From positions 42,599-106,598 of the forward strand of contig QOPH01000001.1 of assembly GCA_003331635.1 (NCBI GenBank): a DNA stretch of 64,000 bases, read 5' to 3'. This DNA is from SAR86 cluster bacterium. GTDB taxonomy: Bacteria; Pseudomonadota; Gammaproteobacteria; Magnimaribacterales; TMED112. The position numbers and the translations under genes are program-made. The notes below the pieces were generated by a model. It had not been told where the DNA came from, ran no database searches, and saw only the letters and a list, made by a program, of their open reading frames with translations. Positions within the stretch are counted from its first letter, which is position 1. Every line of letters begins with the position of its first letter. Below are positions 27,935 to 36,802 of this stretch, piece after piece.

Positions 27935-28034
27935 AAATAAATATAAAAGTCTAAAAAATATCAATATACATAGGACAATAGCTATAACCATTCCAAGCGA
28001 ATAGGTAAGTTGCATAGCTTTATCTTCAGGTCTC

Positions 28035-29024
28035 TTATCCATTAAATAATGATAGCTGAAATGTACTATCCTCATGTTTATTTTTTGTAAAGTTAGATAC
28101 GGTAATACCTTTTTCATTTAAATACTTTCGCAGCATTGGCCCATTACCATGAATGATAATTACTTTTTTTGCTTTGGTTTGCTCTATTGTTTTTATTAAA
28201 TCGTTCCAGTCAGCATGGTCAGAGATTGTAAATCCTTTATCAAAATCTCTCTTGCTATTTAAAGTCCATCCACTACAGAAGCCAGTAGAGTAGGGTATAA
28301 AATTTTTAAGCTGCTTTGAACGTCTCGCTCCAGGAGGAGTAATTATTATTCCATCGATATTGTTTTTTTTTGTATTTAATGTTTTTGTTTCGAGATTTTG
28401 AATACCATATTTCATGTAGATTTTATTGATTGATCTTATTGATTGATGGGCATAAAAATTAATTTTGTACTTATCTTTAATCAATTTAATTATTCTTTGC
28501 GCTTTGCCTAATGAGTATGAAAATAAAACTGAGTTGATTCTTTTTTGTTGATTATCTTTGTGCCAATCAATTATTTTATCTATTTCAGCATCTACAGATG
28601 GCCATTTAAAATTTGGTGAAGCAAAAGTAGCTTCCGTAACAAAAGTATCACATTCATGGACATCAAAAGCTCTACATGTTGGATCGTTAGCTCTTTTATA
28701 GTCACCAGTGATAATTGTTACTTCGCTTCCATTATTAATTTTAATTTGTGATGAACCCAATACATGGCCTGCAGGTATAAATGTAATATTTACTGAATTA
28801 ATCTGTATTTCTTTATCGTATTCAACTTCTTTAATGAGCAAGTCATTGCTGATTCTCAACTTCATAATTTCAGATGTCTCTGGTGTGCAAATATAATTTT
28901 TCATACCAGGTCTTGCATGATCAGCATGCGCATGTGTTATAACAGCATTTTTACAAGGTAAAAGCGGGTCAATAAAAAAATCACCTTCAGGGCAGTACAG
29001 ACCTTCATTTTTTAAGACTATCAT
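28035..29024 (-). CDS. MBL/beta-CASP exonuclease of the 'ligase-associated DNA damage response' type
   Basis: N-terminus GLYCPEGDFFIDP....AVITHAHADHARPG. 329 aa with the C-terminal HG motif region of beta-CASP enzymes. Confidence 0.6.
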   Translation of the reverse strand: MIVLKNEGLYCPEGDFFIDPLLPCKNAVITHAHADHARPGMKNYICTPETSEIMKLRISNDLLIKEVEYDKEIQINSVNITFIPAGHVLGSSQIKINNGSEVTIITGDYKRANDPTCRAFDVHECDTFVTEATFASPNFKWPSVDAEIDKIIDWHKDNQQKRINSVLFSYSLGKAQRIIKLIKDKYKINFYAHQSIRSINKIYMKYGIQNLETKTLNTKKNNIDGIIITPPGARRSKQLKNFIPYSTGFCSGWTLNSKRDFDKGFTISDHADWNDLIKTIEQTKAKKVIIIHGNGPMLRKYLNEKGITVSNFTKNKHEDSTFQLSLFNG

Positions 29025-30502
29025 TGTGTTACTTTGTTAATAAAATTATTAGCACACTCAAAAATATGTTTTTTTCTATCAGGATTAAGCTTTTCTAGAG
29101 CTCTTATCATTAATGATAATCTTGGATTAGTAATAAAAAAATCTTTCTTTTCCTCTATAAATTTCCAATATAATCCATCAACAATATCACACCAATCTCC
29201 TTTCTTGAAATTAGACATTCTTAAAATGTAGCTTGAACCACAGATATATGGTTTTGTTGCAAAAATACCTCCATCTGCAAATGTGCCCATGCCATAAACA
29301 TTGGGCACCATAACCCAATCAGATGAATCTATGAACATTTCCATAAACCATTTATAAATCTCATTTGGATCGATATTGCATAAATTCATAATATTAGAAA
29401 GTATCATTAATCTATTTATATGATGTGTATAGCCATATTTAATTGCTCCTTTAATAGCTTCATCCAGGGGCTCTATACCTGTTGAACCATCATACCAAGC
29501 AGCTGTTAGTTTATTTTTATGATTCCAGTAGTTCGATTTAACCATTTGATCACCATAATTTTGGTAAATGCCTCTTATAAATTCTCTCCATCCAATAATT
29601 TGTCTTATAAATCCTTCAAGACTATTGAGAGGAATGTCATTTTTTTCTGCATAATCGATAGATTTATCAATTACTTCTTTAGGCGTAATCAGGCCTAAAT
29701 TTAATGAGCTACTTAATACAGAATGATTAATAAAGTGTTCATCTTTATCAATAGCATCCTCATAATGCCCAAATTCATTAAATCTCTCTTTAAAAAATAT
29801 TTCTAGCCATTCTACAATTTGTTCATATGAATGCGGCATCCAGGAATGTAATTCACCTGGATGATTTGAAAAATTAATATTTATTACATTACTTATTTCA
29901 GAAAATTCTTTATAAGGTTTAATAATCGGAAGTTTTGGTATTTCATACCCAGAAGGGAGCTTTTTTCTATTATCTTCATCAAAGCTCCATCTACCTCCAA
30001 TCGGTTTATTATCCTCTAAAAGTAGTTTCTTTTTTTTTCTCATTTGTTTGTAATAATTAGCTTGTAAATGAAATTTCTTATCACCTAAAAAATGTTTAAA
30101 TGAACCTCTTGAATCAATAAACATAGGACTTGGAAGAAAAGTTATTTCTATATTATTTGTTTTACAGAACTCTAAAAAATCTCTTTCAAATGGTTTGTCT
30201 TCAATTTCGTAAATTTCAATTTTTTCAATTTTATTACTCTTTACTATATCCAATAGTTTGTCGAAGTAAGACGTTGAGAAATTATTATTTGCGTCGTAAT
30301 AAATTACTTTGTAACTATTATTTTTAAGTTGGTCTCTATAAGATCGCATTGCTGAAAAAAACAGAGCTATTTTTGATTTATGATGTTTTATATATGAGCA
30401 CAAGCCATTATCTTCAGCCATAAAAATAGGCACATCTTTTGATAAATTAATTTGGGATATGGGAAAAAGTTGATTCCCTAATATTACTCTAAGAATTTTC
30501 AA
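29021..30502 (-). CDS. Cryptochrome/photolyase-related protein (COG3046, CryPro/FeS-BCP-like)
   Basis: Motifs LRVILGNQLF, GGRWSFDEDNRKK, GWREFIRG and GYTHHINRLM. Length 493 aa. Confidence 0.75.
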   Translation of the reverse strand: MKILRVILGNQLFPISQINLSKDVPIFMAEDNGLCSYIKHHKSKIALFFSAMRSYRDQLKNNSYKVIYYDANNNFSTSYFDKLLDIVKSNKIEKIEIYEIEDKPFERDFLEFCKTNNIEITFLPSPMFIDSRGSFKHFLGDKKFHLQANYYKQMRKKKKLLLEDNKPIGGRWSFDEDNRKKLPSGYEIPKLPIIKPYKEFSEISNVININFSNHPGELHSWMPHSYEQIVEWLEIFFKERFNEFGHYEDAIDKDEHFINHSVLSSSLNLGLITPKEVIDKSIDYAEKNDIPLNSLEGFIRQIIGWREFIRGIYQNYGDQMVKSNYWNHKNKLTAAWYDGSTGIEPLDEAIKGAIKYGYTHHINRLMILSNIMNLCNIDPNEIYKWFMEMFIDSSDWVMVPNVYGMGTFADGGIFATKPYICGSSYILRMSNFKKGDWCDIVDGLYWKFIEEKKDFFITNPRLSLMIRALEKLNPDRKKHIFECANNFINKVTQ

Positions 30503-31782
30503 TTATTTTTATATACTTTGCCTTCTTTCATTACAAAGACAACATTTTCCATAGATGTAATATCATTTATTGGATCACCAGAAACAGCAATAATATCGGC
30601 AATTTTACCTACTTCAATAGAACCTAATTCATCTTCTACTCCAAGTAATTTTGCAGCTTCAATAGTCGCAGATATAATTGTCTTCATCTCAGGCATTCCA
30701 TATTGCTTCATATATACAAATTCCTTCCAATTTGTTCCATGTGCTTGCACACCTACATCTGTTCCGAAAGCAATTTTTACACCTCTTCTGTACGCTTTAC
30801 CAAAAGTTCCACCTATTTGTGGTCCTACTGCTGCCGCCTTTGGTCTAATTATGTCAGGAAAGAATCCATCAACTTTTGATTTATCTGCTACAAATTCACC
30901 AGCAGAAATTGTAGGCACAAGATATGTACCATTTTCAATCATAAGATCCATTGCTTCATCATCCATATAAGTTCCATGTTCAATTGAATCAACTCCTGCT
31001 CTAATAGCTCTTTTCATACCCTCGGCTCCATGCGCGTGTACTGCAACCCAAAACCCATAATCCTTGGCCGCCTGTACCACTGCGTTAGCCTCTTCTTGAG
31101 TAAATTGTGGATTATCGCCAGATTTTGCTAAGCTCAAAACTCCACCGGTAACTGTAATTTTTATTCCATCGGCTCCATCTTTATATCTTTGTCTAACCCC
31201 AGCAAAAACTTCATAAGGTCCATTTACCACACCACTTTCAGGGTCAGGATAGACGTAATCACCAAATGCTCTTCCATTAGTATGATCAGCATGACCTCCA
31301 GTTGTGGCTAAACTTTTTCCAGATGTATATATTCTTGGACCAATTGCATCACCTTTAGCAATAGCATCTCTTAAAGATATTGCTATAAAACCACTATCAC
31401 CAACCTGACGAACAGTTGTAAAACCACCATCTAATGTTAGTTTTGCATGTTTTACAGCAGCTATAGCGCTGTATTCTTTTTCTACCTTTACTGGTGCATC
31501 TGCTTTTGAGAGGTACTCCTGACCAAAATGAACATGCATATCCATCAGACCAGGCATTACTGTTTTATTTTTAAGATCATAATATTCATAACCTCTAGAA
31601 TTTTTATATCCAGTAGTTATCTCTTTTATGACTCCATTTTCATCAATAATAATTGATGAATTACTAATGACTTTACCGTTTATAACATCTATATATTTGC
31701 CAGCATGAATTAATGTGTCAGAGCAAAGCAGACTAGAGACTAATAGAAGTAACGTTGTAAAAAATTTCATATATATCCTCAA
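30499..31782 (-). CDS. Secreted amidohydrolase-family metal-dependent hydrolase
   Basis: Signal peptide plus PGLMDMHVHF, AVHAHG, IEHGT and FGTDVG motifs. Confidence 0.75.
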   Translation of the reverse strand: MRIYMKFFTTLLLLVSSLLCSDTLIHAGKYIDVINGKVISNSSIIIDENGVIKEITTGYKNSRGYEYYDLKNKTVMPGLMDMHVHFGQEYLSKADAPVKVEKEYSAIAAVKHAKLTLDGGFTTVRQVGDSGFIAISLRDAIAKGDAIGPRIYTSGKSLATTGGHADHTNGRAFGDYVYPDPESGVVNGPYEVFAGVRQRYKDGADGIKITVTGGVLSLAKSGDNPQFTQEEANAVVQAAKDYGFWVAVHAHGAEGMKRAIRAGVDSIEHGTYMDDEAMDLMIENGTYLVPTISAGEFVADKSKVDGFFPDIIRPKAAAVGPQIGGTFGKAYRRGVKIAFGTDVGVQAHGTNWKEFVYMKQYGMPEMKTIISATIEAAKLLGVEDELGSIEVGKIADIIAVSGDPINDITSMENVVFVMKEGKVYKNN

Positions 31783-31888
31783 TATTTAAATTTTAATACT
31801 TTTAATAGATATATGTGAACTATAGTAATCAATTGTTTCTTTAAAAGTTCTTTATAATGCGGCTTATATAACTATAATAAAGCTCTAT

Positions 31889-31964
31889 GCGACTGTGGTG
31901 TTAATGGCTAGCACAAAAGCCTTCCAAGCTTTTGGTACGGGTTCGAATCCCGTCAGTCGCTCCA
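31889..31964 (+). tRNA. tRNA-Gly (anticodon TCC)
   Basis: Acceptor stem GCGACTG/CAGTCGC, anticodon arm AAAGC-CTTCCAA-GCTTT, T-loop GGTTCGAAT and encoded CCA. Confidence 0.92.
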
Positions 31965-31982
31965 ATTTGATATAGTAAGTTT

Positions 31983-32498
31983 ATGTACAACTTTCAAAAA
32001 CAAGACTCTATGCAAACATTAGAGGAAGGTCTTAAGGAGTTTTATTCAATAAATAAAGAATTTGAAGCACTAGCTGAAAAAAAAGACAATCCACACTCTA
32101 AGGTTTTCAAAGAACATGACTACACTCATGTTTTATTTGGCTTAGGGACATCAATTGAAGAAGAAAGTCTTCTGGATAGCTATACACTTTGGGGAACGCA
32201 TTGGAGCTGGTCACGCATATGGGGTTTTTATAAGGATCCAGAGTATAAAAGTGTTGTAGATGACATTATTGGTAAATATGGTGGATGGTGGTCAATAATG
32301 AAGATCTACTTATCACTAGCACCAGTAAAATTCAAAGTAATCAAAAAATGTCGTCAGATGACAAAAAAGTGGAATTATCATGATATTCCAAATGAAGTAT
32401 TAAATACTCCACTTAAACATTTAAGAGAAGAGTACAATATAGAATTACTTTCACTAGATGAGATACCAAAAAATAGGTACCTAAAATCACAGCATTAA
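31983..32498 (+). CDS. Coq4-family-like protein
   Basis: HDYTH-x11-E matches the HDxxH-x11-E zinc motif of Coq4. Length 171 aa. Confidence 0.45.
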   Translation: MYNFQKQDSMQTLEEGLKEFYSINKEFEALAEKKDNPHSKVFKEHDYTHVLFGLGTSIEEESLLDSYTLWGTHWSWSRIWGFYKDPEYKSVVDDIIGKYGGWWSIMKIYLSLAPVKFKVIKKCRQMTKKWNYHDIPNEVLNTPLKHLREEYNIELLSLDEIPKNRYLKSQH

Positions 32499-33523
32499 TC
32501 TTTTTCTAAATGTATTGTTTGCGTTGGATAAGCAAAGTCTGAACCATTTCTTTTAACTATTTCAATAATCTCTAATAGTAACTCTTCTCTTGCTACACAG
32601 AAGTCATGCCATTGCGTTGATTTAGTAAAGCAGTTCACCAGCATATCAATGCTTGAATCATTAAAATTCGTAACTCTAATAGTCGATGGTTGATCTTTTG
32701 CATCAACTAAATTTTTATTTTTTTCAATATATTCTTCAATATCCTTTCTGATAGCTAGGATTTTATCTGGCGTTGTTTGATAAATTAATCCTATATGAAA
32801 TCTTATTCTTCTAAAGGGCATCTCTGAAAAATTTATAATTTCTGAGTCACTTAAAACTGAATTTGCAACATAAATTGGAGCTTTATCAAATCTTCTAATA
32901 AGAGTTGTTCTAAAATCAATCCTTTCAACTGAGCCCTCTGCAACACCTTCAATATTTATCCAGTCACCTTGCTTGAATCGTTTTTCGCCAATAATAAGAA
33001 GTCCGCCAATCAAATTTTTAAAGAAGTTCTGTGCCCCAAGTGCTAATGCCACTGAGAAAAGTCCTAAACCTGCGATAATTGAAGCTGCATCAATTCCCCA
33101 AAGTTCAAGTACACTAACTATCCCTAATAGATATATAACAAATTTAAGAGCCCTAAAGACCCAATTTCTTAATGTATTAGAAAGAAAATTATATTTTTCT
33201 CCAACATAATCTTTTATCGGATCAACAATTGGCGCAATTGATAGGAAAATAACAACATAAAAAAACGTTTGGATTGTTATGGTTGAATAAGTTGCTATTG
33301 AATCTGGTAAGTTCAAAGAATCATTTAGCAAATATAAACCGATCCCAATTGGAATTAATGTAAGAGGGCGTTTAAGTTTTTCAGCTATTCTGTCATCATG
33401 CTTTGATTTTGTTTTGGAAGTTAATTTTACAAAAGCATTAAAAATAATAACCCTGAATATAATAAGCAACACGAACATTGCTGCCAAAGGTAATAAAAAA
33501 GTTGTATTAATTTCCATTTTCAA
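32495..33523 (-). CDS. Small-conductance mechanosensitive channel (MscS family)
   Basis: N-terminal TMs followed by the GDWINIEGVAEGSVERIDFRTTLIR beta-domain signature. Confidence 0.85.
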   Translation of the reverse strand: MKMEINTTFLLPLAAMFVLLIIFRVIIFNAFVKLTSKTKSKHDDRIAEKLKRPLTLIPIGIGLYLLNDSLNLPDSIATYSTITIQTFFYVVIFLSIAPIVDPIKDYVGEKYNFLSNTLRNWVFRALKFVIYLLGIVSVLELWGIDAASIIAGLGLFSVALALGAQNFFKNLIGGLLIIGEKRFKQGDWINIEGVAEGSVERIDFRTTLIRRFDKAPIYVANSVLSDSEIINFSEMPFRRIRFHIGLIYQTTPDKILAIRKDIEEYIEKNKNLVDAKDQPSTIRVTNFNDSSIDMLVNCFTKSTQWHDFCVAREELLLEIIEIVKRNGSDFAYPTQTIHLEKD

Positions 33524-35241
33524 TCTGCAGATGAACCAGCTGAACTGTAATCATCTAATCTTGGATCACTTATACCTATGATCTTATCTCCTTCAATGAT
33601 TATAGTAGATGTAATGCCATTACTGTAATAGTCTTCAAGCTCTCTTTTTTCTAATTCAAAACCAAGTTTTTTTAATTCACGTAGAGTTTTATCATCAAAA
33701 TTTTCATAGTAAAGCTTCTCAGGAAACCATTGGTGGTGATATCTATTTGTTGAAACAGAAAGTTCAGGGCTTAATTTGTATTCAAAATAATTTATGATGA
33801 TTTGCAGTACAGCTGTAATTATTCTTCCACCGCCTTGAGCTCCCGTAATTAATCTTACTTCATCATCTTCGAAAACTATTGTTGGCGTCATAGAGCTTAA
33901 AGGTCTTTTTTTAGGCTCAATTTTATTAGCCTCACTACCAAGCAAACTAAAGTAGTTTTCTACACCAGGCGCAGATGAAAAATCATCCATTTCATTATTC
34001 ATAAGAATCCCGGTATCTTTAATTACTATCCCAGAACCAAATCCCGTATTTAAGGTTGTTGTATTACTTACAGCATTTCCGTATTTATCAATAATCGAAA
34101 AATGCGTTGTATTCTCTTTAAAAAGTATATTCGCATTATTTATTTCACTATTCGTGCTCGTTCTCTTGGTATTTACAATTTTACTGAGTTCAGAAGCGAT
34201 ATCTTCTGAGAGAAAATTTTCAATAGGGACTGGATAAAAATCCTCATCGCCAATATGTTTTGCACGCAAAGAAAATGCTATTTGCATTATTTCAGAAATA
34301 ATTAGGATATTTTTTACATCATTAGGATCATCAGACAGATCAAAATTCTCGAGCATATTCAACATTAGTCCTAATAATAATCCTCCAGAGGAGGGAGGCG
34401 GCATGGAAGCAATTTTTAAGTTTTTATAATTAAATATTATCGGATCTCTTAACTTAGAATAATATTCACTTAAATCTTCTATAGTTATCAAGCCTCCGTT
34501 ATTACCCATATCTAATGCAATTTTTTTTGCTGTTTCACCTTTGTAAAATCCATCGCTTCCGTGAATTGCAATTAATTTTAAAGTGTTAGCTAAATCAGTT
34601 TGTATTAATAAGTCATCTTTTTTTAGAGGTTCTCCATTTTTAAAAAAAATCTTCTTTGTATTAATAGATTTTCCTAATTTAACTTGTTCACTTTTAAGTG
34701 CTTCTGCTAATTCATTAGTAACTCTAAAACCCTCTGATGCTAATGTTATAGATGGTTGAATAAGTTCTTCCCAGGTGAGTTTTCCAAATTTTTTATGAAT
34801 TTCATACATGCCGTGAACTGTACCGGGTGTGCCTGAGCTTAAATAAGATTCAAGTGCTAATTCTCTACTTCTTTTTCCTTCAATCATGAACATATCTTCA
34901 GTAGCATTAAGAGGCGCCATTTCCCTGTAATCAAGTGAATATAAATTGTCATCTTCCTTGTCATAGAAAATCATAAATCCTCCACCACCAATATTTCCTG
35001 CTTGAGGTAAAACTACAGCCAATGCAAAAGAAACTGCCACTGCTGCATCAATTGCATTTCCACCATTGGTTAATACTTGATTTCCTACTTCTGATGCTAA
35101 ATAGTGTCTTGTTACAACCATAGTTTGATCTGCAACTACGGTTTTACCGGTTAAATTTTCAGTTTGAAGATTTGAAGAGAAAAGAAGAATTAAAAAATTT
35201 CTTAACCAAATATCCCTGTTTTTTCTGAGTCTTGATTCCAT
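33520..35241 (-). CDS. ggt: Gamma-glutamyltranspeptidase
   Basis: Autoprocessing site context TTHFSIIDKYGNAVS, plus GGGGF, SSMTP and GAQGG motifs. The first 40 nt overlap the upstream gene, so the start is uncertain. Confidence 0.9.
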   Translation of the reverse strand: MESRLRKNRDIWLRNFLILLFSSNLQTENLTGKTVVADQTMVVTRHYLASEVGNQVLTNGGNAIDAAVAVSFALAVVLPQAGNIGGGGFMIFYDKEDDNLYSLDYREMAPLNATEDMFMIEGKRSRELALESYLSSGTPGTVHGMYEIHKKFGKLTWEELIQPSITLASEGFRVTNELAEALKSEQVKLGKSINTKKIFFKNGEPLKKDDLLIQTDLANTLKLIAIHGSDGFYKGETAKKIALDMGNNGGLITIEDLSEYYSKLRDPIIFNYKNLKIASMPPPSSGGLLLGLMLNMLENFDLSDDPNDVKNILIISEIMQIAFSLRAKHIGDEDFYPVPIENFLSEDIASELSKIVNTKRTSTNSEINNANILFKENTTHFSIIDKYGNAVSNTTTLNTGFGSGIVIKDTGILMNNEMDDFSSAPGVENYFSLLGSEANKIEPKKRPLSSMTPTIVFEDDEVRLITGAQGGGRIITAVLQIIINYFEYKLSPELSVSTNRYHHQWFPEKLYYENFDDKTLRELKKLGFELEKRELEDYYSNGITSTIIIEGDKIIGISDPRLDDYSSAGSSAD

Positions 35242-36203
35242 TTTAAATCCTTAAGTTTATTAAAATTAAATACATTTCCTGGATCTAGTACTTGCTTGTT
35301 TTTAATATCTAGACCTGAAAAAAGTGAATAATCATTAAGGTTCTTTGCTTGGCCTAATGCATAAACACCTTCTAAGTTATTTTCTGCTATTGCGTTTAGT
35401 CTTCTCCTTCCTCTCTGTTTAAGATCATGCCAATTTGTATCCCTTTTTGTTTCCTCAGTTTGATCCCAATGAAAGGGCCTAGTTACTATATTTGATGGAT
35501 CTACATAATAATGAAAAATAGGAGTATTTGGAGTGTGGAAGATATTGTACCCATTTGTAAAAAGTCTCCAAGCCATAGAGTCTTCCTCGCCATCAAAATA
35601 TAAATATGGATCATAGGGAATATCCTCTATCATTGAACCACTTGAAAACAAACATCCTCCAGCAATTAAAAAACCTTTTTTAATTTCATTATCTCCTATA
35701 GACAAACCCTTTTTCATAGAAAAATAGCCCTCTTTAAAAACATTTTCTTCGTCAATTACCATTACATGAGTATTACTATCATCTTGCTGATGTCGTTTAA
35801 TTTTCATAGTATCAATATCTTCAATTTCAAAATTTCTTGGATAAGAACTAATCACTGGTCTATAAAATTTTTTAGATAATTTCTTATAGAAAGAAATAAA
35901 ATATTCATCCCAATCCTGCTCAAAAATAGTATGAGAGTCTACTTGCAAGAAATAGTCCTCTCCCATGTAAAGACTTTGAGCTAAAGATCTGGCCCATGCA
36001 CATCCTCTCGCAAATTCTGCTGGAAGAAAGTGGTATCGTAATTGTGGAAAAAAATCAAAATTGTCTACCTCTAATTTTTGATCATTTTGATCTACAACCG
36101 CAAAAATTATGGAATCCTTATTTTTTGCATTTTTATAAGCCGATTGAAGAGTATTAATCAACAGAGGGTCTTTGTATGATGATATCGATAAAAATATTGT
36201 CAT
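35202..36203 (-). CDS. Glycosyltransferase resembling the GlcNAc-transferase (Gnt1-like) family
   Basis: N-terminus IFLSISSYKDP...TL......A.N......VVDQ resembles that family as I remember it. No signal peptide. Confidence 0.4.
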   Translation of the reverse strand: MTIFLSISSYKDPLLINTLQSAYKNAKNKDSIIFAVVDQNDQKLEVDNFDFFPQLRYHFLPAEFARGCAWARSLAQSLYMGEDYFLQVDSHTIFEQDWDEYFISFYKKLSKKFYRPVISSYPRNFEIEDIDTMKIKRHQQDDSNTHVMVIDEENVFKEGYFSMKKGLSIGDNEIKKGFLIAGGCLFSSGSMIEDIPYDPYLYFDGEEDSMAWRLFTNGYNIFHTPNTPIFHYYVDPSNIVTRPFHWDQTEETKRDTNWHDLKQRGRRRLNAIAENNLEGVYALGQAKNLNDYSLFSGLDIKNKQVLDPGNVFNFNKLKDLKWNQDSEKTGIFG

Positions 36204-36204
36204 A

Positions 36205-36765
36205 TCAATGTTTAGTTGTATCTTTACTGTTTAGTATTTGTCTTAAATCATATCCTAATTCTTTTGATAAATAAGGAATTATTTCCTCGGCATTTAATTC
36301 AAAGACAAAATTGGGTAAATGCTCTATAACGAACCAGGAATTATTAGCAATCTCTTCATCTAACTGACCAGAGTCCCATCCACAATATCCTATAGCAAGC
36401 TTGTATTTACCTTTAAATTTACCTGATGCAATATTCTTTACTACATTCATGCTCGAAGTTAGGTTTAAACCATTTTTTACGCACAATGACTCTTTGTCAT
36501 CACTATTATGAATTATAAAAAGTTTATCGATATCAACAGGGCCACCATTTAAAAGATTTTTTTGCGATTTATTTTTTAAAGATTCAATATTTAAGGAACT
36601 AAAGATTTTGTCTTCACCGATATCTATAGTTTTATTGATTATTATACCCAATGCACCGTTTTGGTCATGCTCAAATATGTATATTAAGGAGTCATGAAAG
36701 AAGTCTTCTGTATTTTTATCAAGAAAATATAAAAATTTATTTACAAAGAAATTTTGATTCGACAT
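36205..36765 (-). CDS. YqgE/AlgH-family protein (UPF0301)
   Basis: DSLIYIFEHDQNGALGIIINK and GYCGWDSGQLDEEI signatures. Confidence 0.85.
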   Translation of the reverse strand: MSNQNFFVNKFLYFLDKNTEDFFHDSLIYIFEHDQNGALGIIINKTIDIGEDKIFSSLNIESLKNKSQKNLLNGGPVDIDKLFIIHNSDDKESLCVKNGLNLTSSMNVVKNIASGKFKGKYKLAIGYCGWDSGQLDEEIANNSWFVIEHLPNFVFELNAEEIIPYLSKELGYDLRQILNSKDTTKH

Positions 36766-36802
36766 AAATCTTGGTTTAAAGTTTGATTGATTTTAACAAA
36801 TT

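Noticed and set aside
27926-28117. 63-aa minus-strand ORF from the track
   Set aside because: Its first 25 codons lie out of frame inside the exonuclease gene. Only the distal 38-aa part (start at 28042) could be real, and even that is low confidence.
30518-30970. 150-aa plus-strand ORF inside the amidohydrolase gene
   Set aside because: It is entirely antisense to a well-supported CDS with clear family motifs. Its low-complexity S/P/I-rich translation is typical of a shadow ORF.
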